Of a stretch of 64,000 bases of DNA, positions 28,924 to 37,242 are shown piece after piece. Source of the DNA: an uncultured Mycoplasmatota bacterium (GTDB lineage: Bacteria > Bacillota_I > Bacilli_A > RF39 > UBA660); NCBI GenBank assembly GCA_900549625.1, contig URPE01000003.1:23107-87106 (forward strand), given 5' to 3'. The position numbers and the translations under genes are program-made. The notes under the pieces are model-generated. The model had not been told where the DNA came from. It made no database searches and worked only from the letters and a program-made list of their open reading frames with translations. Each line of letters begins with the position of its first letter. Positions within the stretch are counted from its first letter, which is position 1.

Positions 28924-29811
28924 TTATTTTTGCAATTTTTTTATGTGCTCTAATTCAACCTTTTCACCTGTAAATTTGTTAATATAATCAAACATAGAAT
29001 TTGCATCATCAATAATATCATATCCTTGCACACCCATTTCTTCAGGGCGACAAATTACAATATCATTTTCAGCAAGAGAAATTACTTTTCTAATTGTATA
29101 GTCATCACAGGTTCTACCATAGCCACTTGTCCAAGCACTAGTTATATCTGGAGTCTGTTCCATTAATCTAAATACTAATCTTCTAAAAAATGATGGATGA
29201 GAAAACGGAAAAAACAATTTTTGTATATTAAGCCTTTCTCCACTCTTTTTTAGATTCAATTTAACATAATGTATTTGATTATATTCACTAGACATAGTAA
29301 AAACATTTAATCCTACACTAAATCCCATATTCTCTAAAATTTCAACAATACTTAATGTGATCGCACCACGATTAAAAATTTCGTTTGATGATGCCATTGC
29401 CAAATTAGCTGCATTAAAGTATATATCTATATGTTGGCGTTTTGGATATTGTCTATTTAACATAGAAAGTGGGTTACCTTCTAAATATGCTTTAACATCT
29501 GGAGCATAACCGACATAAAAATTATATTGTTTGCTTTTTTTTCTAGATAATTTTATATACTTTTCTAAGGTATTTTTTAATTCAACAAGTTTCTCAAAAT
29601 TGTCATGATAACCATACTTACACAATTCCTTTGCTTCTTCTAAAGATTGTGTTTTACAAAAATCATAATCTCCTGTTTCACTTGATAAATTTCTATATCC
29701 CCATACTCCACTATTTATTGGTGCATTCTCAATATAATCAAGAAATTCTGCTATGGAATCAAAATCATATTCCATAATATCATAATCATCTTTTTTATAA
29801 TACTTATACAT
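28924..29811 (-). CDS. Hypothetical protein, partner of the AAA ATPase
   Basis: 295-aa ORF that begins 1 nt after the ATPase stop. No motif recognised. Confidence 0.5.
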   Translation of the reverse strand: MYKYYKKDDYDIMEYDFDSIAEFLDYIENAPINSGVWGYRNLSSETGDYDFCKTQSLEEAKELCKYGYHDNFEKLVELKNTLEKYIKLSRKKSKQYNFYVGYAPDVKAYLEGNPLSMLNRQYPKRQHIDIYFNAANLAMASSNEIFNRGAITLSIVEILENMGFSVGLNVFTMSSEYNQIHYVKLNLKKSGERLNIQKLFFPFSHPSFFRRLVFRLMEQTPDITSAWTSGYGRTCDDYTIRKVISLAENDIVICRPEEMGVQGYDIIDDANSMFDYINKFTGEKVELEHIKKLQK

Positions 29812-29812
29812 A

Positions 29813-31558
29813 TTATCTACTCAATCTTAAACGCTTAATACCATCATAGTATTTATTGTCAGAACTTATATTTTGCATATTACCAATTATTGTATTCACA
29901 TCATCTTGTCCCAAATTTTTTACAACATTAGATGTTAATGTATCATTAACAGGTATTCCGTTTATTTCTTTCTTATATACTTTGCCAATACCACGAGTGG
30001 AAACAATGTGAGGTATTTTTGATTGATATACTGCATTTCTAAATGCCCACATAAATTGTAAAACTTCATCATTTGGATATAACGCTTTTTCTAAATTTGT
30101 ATCATAATCAAAGAATATGTTATCAAATCTATCTAGTGTTGCTCCATCTAGTGCATTTCTTCCTACATATTGTAAGTCTGCACCTTTTCCCCATGTATTT
30201 GCTGCTGCAATTATTCTAAAATCAGGATGCCTATCAATTGTTTCGTGTGGAAAAGCCATATATCCATTAGCAAGTGCTGAATTTATAACAATAAGTGCTG
30301 AGGGATCAGAATTATCTATTTCATCTAAGAAGAATATTCCACCATTTTTAAATGCTTTATAAAATTCTGTATCTCTATAATTACCACCTGCGTCTATAAA
30401 GCCAGTTAATTTAAACTCATTTGAAGCATTATTGGTATAATACATATGTTGTCCCAAAGCGTCAGCCACTTGTGATATAGCAACATTTTTACCACTTCCT
30501 GCTGGACCAATTAACATAATCGGTTCATCTAATTGTACCTGTGATAAAATTTGCTCAAATTTTTCATGATAGAATCCACCTTTAGTTTGTCCTAATACAG
30601 TATCTTTTAATTTAATAATATGAACAACTGGTACATCTATTCTACTGGCATATTCTGAAAGTTTTTCGTCAAATAATTCATTTAATTTATCAGTTATTTC
30701 ATGTTCTAGACTAAATTCTTGAAGTGTATTCTTAATTATTTGCAATATTTGTTTCCTTGTTTCAGTATCTAACTCATTCAAAATAAAACTACTTACTTTT
30801 TGTTGTGGATCTCCAGAAGATAGATATTCTTCAATATTTTCTTCTATTTTAGTTCTTATAGCTTCATCTGTAACTTGAACTAATAATGCATTTAATCCAT
30901 CAATTATTGAATCAGCATTTTGTTTTGTTTTTTTAATTAATACTGGATCTTTTCCTTTTTCTACTTTATCACCATCAATTGTGAAAAGTTCTCCATTTTT
31001 CATATATGTGTTTTCATCCATTTCATGAACTTCTTCACAAAATTGTTGTAAAATATCTGCATCATTTGAAAACATTATTTCGTTATTTCTTTTTGTATAT
31101 CCATAATATAAATGAGTATATTTACTATTAGGTTCTGTTACACCTGCAATAATGTCTTCACTATTATTGTCATATATAACTGAACAAAAGTGCATATATT
31201 GACTCAATTTTTTAAACATATTTTCTCTGCTATCAGCATATAAACAGTTGGTAATTCTTTGATACCTATCAGAATCATCAATACCATATTTTGAAAAATT
31301 TCTACATGCTCTTTCTACTTCATTTTGATTATATCCATTTACTGATAAAATTCCAGTCCTTGAATCATAATGTGGATCTCTATCTTCTACATAATTATCA
31401 TAAATTATTTTAGCAAAAATTAAATCATTAGCAGTTTTATATTTTACCGTATAATTACTTGGGCAAATTCTATCTAATGCTCTATAAATATCATTTTCTT
31501 CATATTCCTTTCCTTTATAGGCAATAAAAATTTGTCCACTTTTTTCTGTATTTTCCAT
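29813..31558 (-). CDS. AAA+ ATPase (AAA_5 / MoxR-McrB-like C-terminal domain) with an unknown ~330-aa N-terminal region
   Basis: Walker A (LIGPAGSGKN) and Walker B (GIFFLDEIDN), plus an arginine-finger-like region GRNALDGATLDRF. RBS GGGGGAAAA. Confidence 0.7.
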   Translation of the reverse strand: MENTEKSGQIFIAYKGKEYEENDIYRALDRICPSNYTVKYKTANDLIFAKIIYDNYVEDRDPHYDSRTGILSVNGYNQNEVERACRNFSKYGIDDSDRYQRITNCLYADSRENMFKKLSQYMHFCSVIYDNNSEDIIAGVTEPNSKYTHLYYGYTKRNNEIMFSNDADILQQFCEEVHEMDENTYMKNGELFTIDGDKVEKGKDPVLIKKTKQNADSIIDGLNALLVQVTDEAIRTKIEENIEEYLSSGDPQQKVSSFILNELDTETRKQILQIIKNTLQEFSLEHEITDKLNELFDEKLSEYASRIDVPVVHIIKLKDTVLGQTKGGFYHEKFEQILSQVQLDEPIMLIGPAGSGKNVAISQVADALGQHMYYTNNASNEFKLTGFIDAGGNYRDTEFYKAFKNGGIFFLDEIDNSDPSALIVINSALANGYMAFPHETIDRHPDFRIIAAANTWGKGADLQYVGRNALDGATLDRFDNIFFDYDTNLEKALYPNDEVLQFMWAFRNAVYQSKIPHIVSTRGIGKVYKKEINGIPVNDTLTSNVVKNLGQDDVNTIIGNMQNISSDNKYYDGIKRLRLSR

Positions 31559-31578
31559 ATTTTCCCCCTAACAATCTC

Positions 31579-31735
31579 AAAGTATGATACTTAAAGAAAA
31601 TCTTTAGAAACATAGACTTTATATATTAAGAAAATATATATGACCAAAAACTTTAACCTTTGAGAATTATTGACAAATAAAAAAAATATGGTATTATATA
31701 TTGCAGTCAAAAAAAGTCCCAAAGTATCATACTTT
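31579..31735 (+). promoter_or_regulatory. Candidate invertible promoter, switch B. The promoter faces away from gene 29813-31558.
   Basis: IR AAAGTATGATACTT at 31579-31592, with its reverse complement at 31722-31735. Plus strand: TTGACA (31670-75), a 16-nt spacer and TGgTATTAT (-10 at 31692-97). The right IR hairpin is followed by TTTCTTTTTTT. Confidence 0.6.
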
Positions 31736-31753
31736 AAGACTTTCTTTTTTTAA

Positions 31754-32215
31754 TTAAATTGATCTTTTATAACTTTTTTCTTGTTCCATTTTTTCATGAA
31801 TTTTTGGAGCAACAACTTCCTTATTAGCTCTAATATACTCATCCCAGTTTTTGTGAGTTGGTCCAAATTCTTCTTCATAAGAAGGAACTCCCTCAACTTT
31901 AACTGAATCATCTAAAAATGGTATTGCATAACATAATCCTAAATTTCCTTGAATTTCTTCCTGAGTATAAGCACCACATCTTAATGCCATTAATGTTCTG
32001 TTATACTTTCCCATATCCTTATTGCTACAATCACTATATAGCATCCAAATTTTTCCACTTCTAATATCCAAAGAATCAAGTAGTAAAATATCTAATAATC
32101 CTTTTGGATTTTGTAACATTTGCATTAAAACTGTTAACGCACCTGGATTTCCTTCAGACATGACCATCATCATATCCATCATATTCATATCTCCTGTTAT
32201 CTTTTCATTTCCCAT
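31754..32215 (-). CDS. Hypothetical protein (cassette C)
   Basis: 153-aa ORF with a Met-rich N-terminus. RBS AAGGGGGA. No motif recognised. Confidence 0.5.
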   Translation of the reverse strand: MGNEKITGDMNMMDMMMVMSEGNPGALTVLMQMLQNPKGLLDILLLDSLDIRSGKIWMLYSDCSNKDMGKYNRTLMALRCGAYTQEEIQGNLGLCYAIPFLDDSVKVEGVPSYEEEFGPTHKNWDEYIRANKEVVAPKIHEKMEQEKSYKRSI

Positions 32216-32240
32216 CTATAATTCCCCCTTTAACTATCTT

Positions 32241-32407
32241 AAAGTTAAAAACTAAAAGAATTATAAAGAAATAGTTCTATTTTATTAAATATACATAAAA
32301 AAAGAATATAAGAGGTTTATATTCTTTTTTGGTCAAATTTGACAATTGCTCATTTTTATGCTAGAATACAGCACATATCAACGAGTTATCTCAAAGTTTT
32401 TAACTTT
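32241..32407 (+). promoter_or_regulatory. Candidate invertible promoter, switch C. The promoter faces away from gene 31754-32215.
   Basis: IR AAAGTTAAAAACT at 32241-32253, with its reverse complement at 32395-32407. Plus strand: TTGACA (32339-44), a 17-nt spacer and TGcTAGAAT (-10 at 32362-67). About 60 nt around the promoter are nearly identical to switch A. The right IR hairpin is followed by TTTTTTT. Confidence 0.6.
32296..32330. terminator. Bidirectional terminator-like hairpin inside switch C
   Basis: AAGAATATA-agaggtt-TATATTCTT, flanked by an A-run on the left and a T-run on the right. Confidence 0.5.
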
Positions 32408-32416
32408 GAGATTTTT

Positions 32417-33772
32417 TTATCTTCCATATCTTTTATTAAATTTTTCTATCTGTGATAATGGTCTATTAGTCTTTCTTAAAACTTTTTCTGAATCTGTATT
32501 TTGTTCCAAACCTTGTCTATAAGTTTCAACATTTCTTATTTCATCATAACTAACAGTTCTTCCACTTAATAAATCAAATATTGATTCTCCTAATACGACA
32601 TCTTGTTCTCCGAAATATAAATGTTTTATTACCGAATTTGCTATATAGCCTTTAGAAAAATAGACATCTAATTCTAAAGCTGTAGGCATTGGTTGATTTA
32701 TATTTGATAGTGTTGGAATAGTAATATTCAAAGAATTATTTTTTATTTCTGTTGAATATTTATGTGAATGACCATGTAATATTATTGGTGCTGTTGTTTG
32801 ACGCATTCCACCAGCTTCAATATGATGATACAAATGAATTTTGTCATTTTTCAAATTAATTCCAGTATTGTTATAGCCCCCAATAACAATATCGTGTCTA
32901 AAATTATTACACATTTCTATTATATCCAAAGAGGCTGTGTTAAAGGCACTTATATCATGATCTCCAGCAACACTAAATGTTAAAATACTTTTATCTTGAG
33001 GATAATTTTTTATAAAATACTCTATTTGTTCATATAAATCAGATATTTTTTGTGTTCCTCTAGTAAATGTTCCATCTATAAGATCTCCACCACACAAAAT
33101 AATATTTATACCATTCTTTATACAATAATTATAAGCACGATCTATAAGATCAATTCTTTCTAATTCATTTCCAAAATGTAAATCTGATATTAATAAAAAT
33201 TTCATACTATTTTCATTTGTATCAGTAATAATAGTTCTATCTTGTTTAGCATCCATATAATTTTTTAAATCTTGCATTGTTGAAACATTACTATACTTTA
33301 TAGAACCATCAGAATAATATTTTCTACTATGTCGTATACCTCTATTTTTTAATTTTAATAATTCATCATATAATTGGCTAGATGAAATATTAAGACTCTC
33401 ACATATTTCCCTATTATTTTTTCCTACTTTCAATAATTGCAATAATTGAGCCGAATAATCAACAACTTCTATTTCTGGTTTTTGTTGTACCAATCTATTA
33501 TCTTGTTCTACTGACTTAGGCAAATCTACTGAATCAGTATTCTCAGAATCTTTAGAAAGTAATCTTTTCATCTTAGGAACTATAGTTCCATAATACTTTT
33601 CACTATTTTCCTTACTCCAATTCTTTTGTGGTGATGGATTATGTAAATCATTTCCAAATCTGGATCTGATAATTAACTTTTCATCAATAGACAATCCATA
33701 TATCATATCATCAATTTGCTTTTCAGTATAATCACTAAAATATTCATATACTGTTTGTAATTTTCTTCCCAT
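32417..33772 (-). CDS. Metallophosphoesterase (calcineurin-like) fused to an N-terminal HTH / sigma-region-4-like region (cassette D)
   Basis: Motifs LLISDLHFGN, GGDLIDG, VAGDHD and HGHSH. The N-terminus has IYGLSIDEKLIIRSRFG and NNREICESLNISSSQLYDELLKLKNRG. Confidence 0.7.
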   Translation of the reverse strand: MGRKLQTVYEYFSDYTEKQIDDMIYGLSIDEKLIIRSRFGNDLHNPSPQKNWSKENSEKYYGTIVPKMKRLLSKDSENTDSVDLPKSVEQDNRLVQQKPEIEVVDYSAQLLQLLKVGKNNREICESLNISSSQLYDELLKLKNRGIRHSRKYYSDGSIKYSNVSTMQDLKNYMDAKQDRTIITDTNENSMKFLLISDLHFGNELERIDLIDRAYNYCIKNGINIILCGGDLIDGTFTRGTQKISDLYEQIEYFIKNYPQDKSILTFSVAGDHDISAFNTASLDIIEMCNNFRHDIVIGGYNNTGINLKNDKIHLYHHIEAGGMRQTTAPIILHGHSHKYSTEIKNNSLNITIPTLSNINQPMPTALELDVYFSKGYIANSVIKHLYFGEQDVVLGESIFDLLSGRTVSYDEIRNVETYRQGLEQNTDSEKVLRKTNRPLSQIEKFNKRYGR

Positions 33773-33796
33773 AATAACCCCCTTCGAATGTTTCTT

Positions 33797-33963
33797 AAAG
33801 TTTAAAACTAAATGAAATATTAGAATTTGGGTTTTATTATCGAAGTTTTATACTATATTTTTTCAATTATATATTGTTCCAATTTTGTCAGATTTGACAA
33901 AATTATACTTATATGATAGTATATACGCTATGTTTACGGATGAATCTCAAAGTTTTAAACTTT
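33797..33963 (+). promoter_or_regulatory. Candidate invertible promoter, switch D. The promoter faces away from gene 32417-33772.
   Basis: IR AAAGTTTAAAACT at 33797-33809, with its reverse complement at 33951-33963. Plus strand: TTGACA (33894-99), a 17-nt spacer and TGaTAGTAT (-10 at 33917-22). Confidence 0.55.
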
Positions 33964-33979
33964 GAGAAAAAAATAAATC

Positions 33980-34462
33980 TCAACTATTGGGATTTATTTT
34001 TTTTGTTAACTTTTTAGGAAGATTGTCGGTTGTATCATATAAAGCTTGATTTAGTATATTAATATCAAAATCAAAATCATTATATCCTTGCAAACATGTA
34101 GATACATATTTTTTTGATGGAATATGATAATTATAACTTTTATTCATTATATAAATAAGAGCTTTTTTCTTTTTTCCTTCTACTTGTATTGGAATATAAA
34201 ATTTAGAATATGAGTTAGGATAACCTTCATAATCATCTAAAGAAAGAATATCAAAGTATGAAACTTCGAATAATCCTAATGGTACTTCTGATCCTTTAGA
34301 TTTTTCTATAGTTAAATATGCAAAATTGTCAGCTAATCCTTTATACACTAATCTATAATCTTTTAAATTCATTTTGCCTATCGGCTTTGCTGTTGGACAC
34401 CTATATTTCATTTGTTCCAAATTCAGATTACTTCCATACGCCAAATAATATTTTTTAAACAT
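33980..34462 (-). CDS. Gamma-glutamylcyclotransferase (AIG2/GGCT-like)
   Basis: YLAYGSNLNLEQMKYRCP N-terminal signature and DDYEGYPNSY. The ATG at 34462 has an AGGTG RBS, whereas the longer ORF start at 34516 overlaps the amidoligase gene. Confidence 0.7.
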   Translation of the reverse strand: MFKKYYLAYGSNLNLEQMKYRCPTAKPIGKMNLKDYRLVYKGLADNFAYLTIEKSKGSEVPLGLFEVSYFDILSLDDYEGYPNSYSKFYIPIQVEGKKKKALIYIMNKSYNYHIPSKKYVSTCLQGYNDFDFDINILNQALYDTTDNLPKKLTKKINPNS

Positions 34463-34472
34463 ATTATCACAC

Positions 34473-35471
34473 CTACTTAATAAATTTCTTAGCCCTTGCA
34501 GCTGTTTTAATACCATAATTTTCTTGAAAATCCTTTAAATATTGTCTTAAAAAATACATTTTATCTACATTATTATCAAATACTAAATCAACAAATTCTA
34601 GTGCATTCTTTAAATTAACTTCATTATATAAAAATTCATTACCTGAATATGATAAATATTCATGAGTAAGCTTATAATCTAAAAAATCTTCATCCATAGC
34701 TTTATCCCTAGATGACAATAACATCTTTGATAAAGTATTAATATTATTTTGCCATACTACTTCATTTGTTGTTGCGTTTGGGCTTCTAAATTCCAGTGTA
34801 TTTTTACCATATCTATACCATGGATCACAAAAATCAACATTACAAAAGTTCAAGGCTGCATATCTTTCATTGGTTTGTAAATTCCAGCGAATATCAGATA
34901 TTGAATTTGCCTTACTTATATCAGACATTCTATTATAAATTAAATCTGCTGTTGGTGGAGCATATTTAAATAACTTTTTTCTACCACTAATTTTATCTCC
35001 ATATATAAATCTAAACAAAACATTTTCATAAGCCGTATATAATTTGAGAAAACATTTCCATGCTTCTACATCTTCTCCTAATATACTTGCACCAATATGA
35101 ATATGCCCACCTGCATTATGCAATGTATCTGCTTTTCTTTTTGAAAGATGTTCACAAACTTTCTTTAGTTCTTTCCAATACCTAATATTATCTGACATAA
35201 CAGGTGATGTAATTTCGCCACCAGAACTTAATGAACCATCACTTTTTGAATTCCAATCTCTTAGATTTTTTGCTATAAAGTTGTCTGTTAACGATTTTAA
35301 AATACCTTCATACTCTATTTCGATTCCAAATGTTACATCATTAGGCAAATTTAATGTATCTCTATATTCTAAAAAATAACGGTTAGTTTCTACCAATAAA
35401 TTTTGTAAATCTACTCCTCTTAAAAATGAAAAATTATCATTTCTTTTTTGATTCATAAATGTATTATTCAT
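34473..35471 (-). CDS. Amidoligase-family enzyme (glutamine-synthetase-like fold, Amidoligase_2 type)
   Basis: Motifs FGIEIEYEG, SDGSL..GGEITSP and AGGHIHIG. Linkage to GGCT matches the described amidoligase neighbourhoods on mobile elements. Confidence 0.6.
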   Translation of the reverse strand: MNNTFMNQKRNDNFSFLRGVDLQNLLVETNRYFLEYRDTLNLPNDVTFGIEIEYEGILKSLTDNFIAKNLRDWNSKSDGSLSSGGEITSPVMSDNIRYWKELKKVCEHLSKRKADTLHNAGGHIHIGASILGEDVEAWKCFLKLYTAYENVLFRFIYGDKISGRKKLFKYAPPTADLIYNRMSDISKANSISDIRWNLQTNERYAALNFCNVDFCDPWYRYGKNTLEFRSPNATTNEVVWQNNINTLSKMLLSSRDKAMDEDFLDYKLTHEYLSYSGNEFLYNEVNLKNALEFVDLVFDNNVDKMYFLRQYLKDFQENYGIKTAARAKKFIK

Positions 35472-35484
35472 TTTACTATCACCC

Positions 35485-36339
35485 TTATATTCTTCTTAAT
35501 TTATAAGAATATCCATCAATACTACTATTATTATCATTGTTTAGCATTGACAAATTTTCTTGTTTCATTTTTAAAATTTTTTTCATTGTATCTAACTCTT
35601 CTTTATTTATTTTTCTAAAAGAAGGTTCATATTCTCTCAATTTATCTCTCATATATGTCTTTACAAATATTTTTTCTAAAAGTCTAACATTATTACCATA
35701 GGATAATACTAAAACTATATACCATAAAGAATGCCAAAAATTTTCACTTTTTGTTTCTAATCTTGTAATAGTTTCTTCTTCAGATTCTGAATGATCAATC
35801 ACAATTATTGCATCAGAATTATATATTTGATCTTCTGGATTTAAAGCGTTTTTCTTTACTGTTTTTATATCAGTTATGACTAAAGCATTATCTATATCAT
35901 CTTTTGTCATTTCTAGAATCTTCTCTTTATTTTCTAAATCAATATCATCATTCAATCTATATGAAGTAACAGTTCTTTCATAAAGACCTTGTTCATTTAC
36001 AATCCATCCAGTTGAATATTCTATTAATTCATCATCATAATCGAAATCATAAGATAAGTGTTCAAGATGAATTCCACTAGAAGTGTCTATAGTTTCAATA
36101 CCAGCTTTTTCAACAATTTCATCTACACGAAATGGTGCATTTCCTTTTGATGTTTGTGCATTAGCAATAATCATTGCTACTATAATAAACGGAAGAGCAT
36201 AATCTACTGCTATACCACTTTTTATTAACGATCTCACTACTGCATTACGAATATTATATAATTTTCTATGTTCTATTTTGTTTTGCAATCTATTAGCATC
36301 TTTTGTTAGTTTTTTCATTAACTCATTATTATCTATCAT
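35485..36339 (-). CDS. Two-TM membrane protein (paralog of 36329-37219)
   Basis: Coiled-coil N-terminus, then TM, a ~150-aa loop and a second TM. Shares the PF(H/R)xDEI motif after TM1 with the upstream gene. The ATG at 36339 has a GAAGGG RBS. Confidence 0.5.
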   Translation of the reverse strand: MIDNNELMKKLTKDANRLQNKIEHRKLYNIRNAVVRSLIKSGIAVDYALPFIIVAMIIANAQTSKGNAPFRVDEIVEKAGIETIDTSSGIHLEHLSYDFDYDDELIEYSTGWIVNEQGLYERTVTSYRLNDDIDLENKEKILEMTKDDIDNALVITDIKTVKKNALNPEDQIYNSDAIIVIDHSESEEETITRLETKSENFWHSLWYIVLVLSYGNNVRLLEKIFVKTYMRDKLREYEPSFRKINKEELDTMKKILKMKQENLSMLNNDNNSSIDGYSYKLRRI

Positions 36340-37219
36340 TGTTTTTACCCTTCTTTGTTCTTGAAAGAGATAAAATTTTTTCATTTGTTAATGCTAATTC
36401 TTCTTGCATTGGTTTGATTGCCTTAATTCTATAATTATAATCATTATTAGTACGCTTTAATTCCCATAAATATTCAAAATCCCTGAAATAAGCAATAGTT
36501 CCACCTATTCCTAGTCCAAGAATAAGCTCAACAATAGTAATAACAACATTTTTTAAATCTGTTTCATTATATTTTAGAGTGTCATTTTTATCTAACATGT
36601 GCAAACTAGCTTCAAAAAAATAGTCCATTTTTTCTGTTTCATCAATGCTATTAACTGTTTGTTTCTCCTCTTTATAATCCTTTAGATTTTCTTCTATATA
36701 TGAATAATCCTCTTCTAAAACAGCATTAAATAATTCTAATGAATTTAATTTATCTATATCATATTCTCTTTTATAACGAGTATACTGACTATTCTCATAT
36801 TTCCATGGAGTATATATAGTTAATTCATTTGATGGTAAATTGTCGTCAAGCAACCCATTTGTTCTATATGATTCATCCATAGTTACATAGCCATTTGTTT
36901 GATAATCTAAATCATATAATTTATATTTAGTAATTTCATCAGTATGAAATGGTAAGCCTCCACCAAACATTTTAAATACGCCAACAGTTAATCCTGCTGT
37001 AATTACAAAAGGTGCAACAAAATTACAAGTATTACCAAATATTTTTAAATTCCTTATATTTAGTTGTTTAAAATTTTCTACTCTTTGCTCTGCAATTTGC
37101 TTTTCTAATTGAATTGTTTTTTCTCTTAAATCTTGAAGTTCTTTAATTTGACTTTTTCTTTCTTTTATTCTTCTTTGCTCTGATTGTTGTTTTTGTTTTC
37201 TAGTTTTTCGATTGCTCAT
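36329..37219 (-). CDS. Two-TM membrane protein (first gene of cassette E)
   Basis: The ATG at 37219 (MSNRKTRK...) has RBS AAGGGGGA. The ORF-track start at 37243 is a non-ATG codon inside the IR. Confidence 0.5.
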   Translation of the reverse strand: MSNRKTRKQKQQSEQRRIKERKSQIKELQDLREKTIQLEKQIAEQRVENFKQLNIRNLKIFGNTCNFVAPFVITAGLTVGVFKMFGGGLPFHTDEITKYKLYDLDYQTNGYVTMDESYRTNGLLDDNLPSNELTIYTPWKYENSQYTRYKREYDIDKLNSLELFNAVLEEDYSYIEENLKDYKEEKQTVNSIDETEKMDYFFEASLHMLDKNDTLKYNETDLKNVVITIVELILGLGIGGTIAYFRDFEYLWELKRTNNDYNYRIKAIKPMQEELALTNEKILSLSRTKKGKNNDR

Positions 37220-37242
37220 TTTAAGTCCCCCTTTTATTCTCA

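Noticed and set aside
28748-33963. The switch sites read as ordinary terminator hairpins plus antisense promoters, with no inversion.
   Set aside because: The gene-proximal sites are poor hairpins, yet they match the distal sites over 13-14 bp, including the asymmetric loop bases in inverted orientation. Switch E also has the identical architecture in the opposite orientation. Inversion is still unproven from a single assembly.
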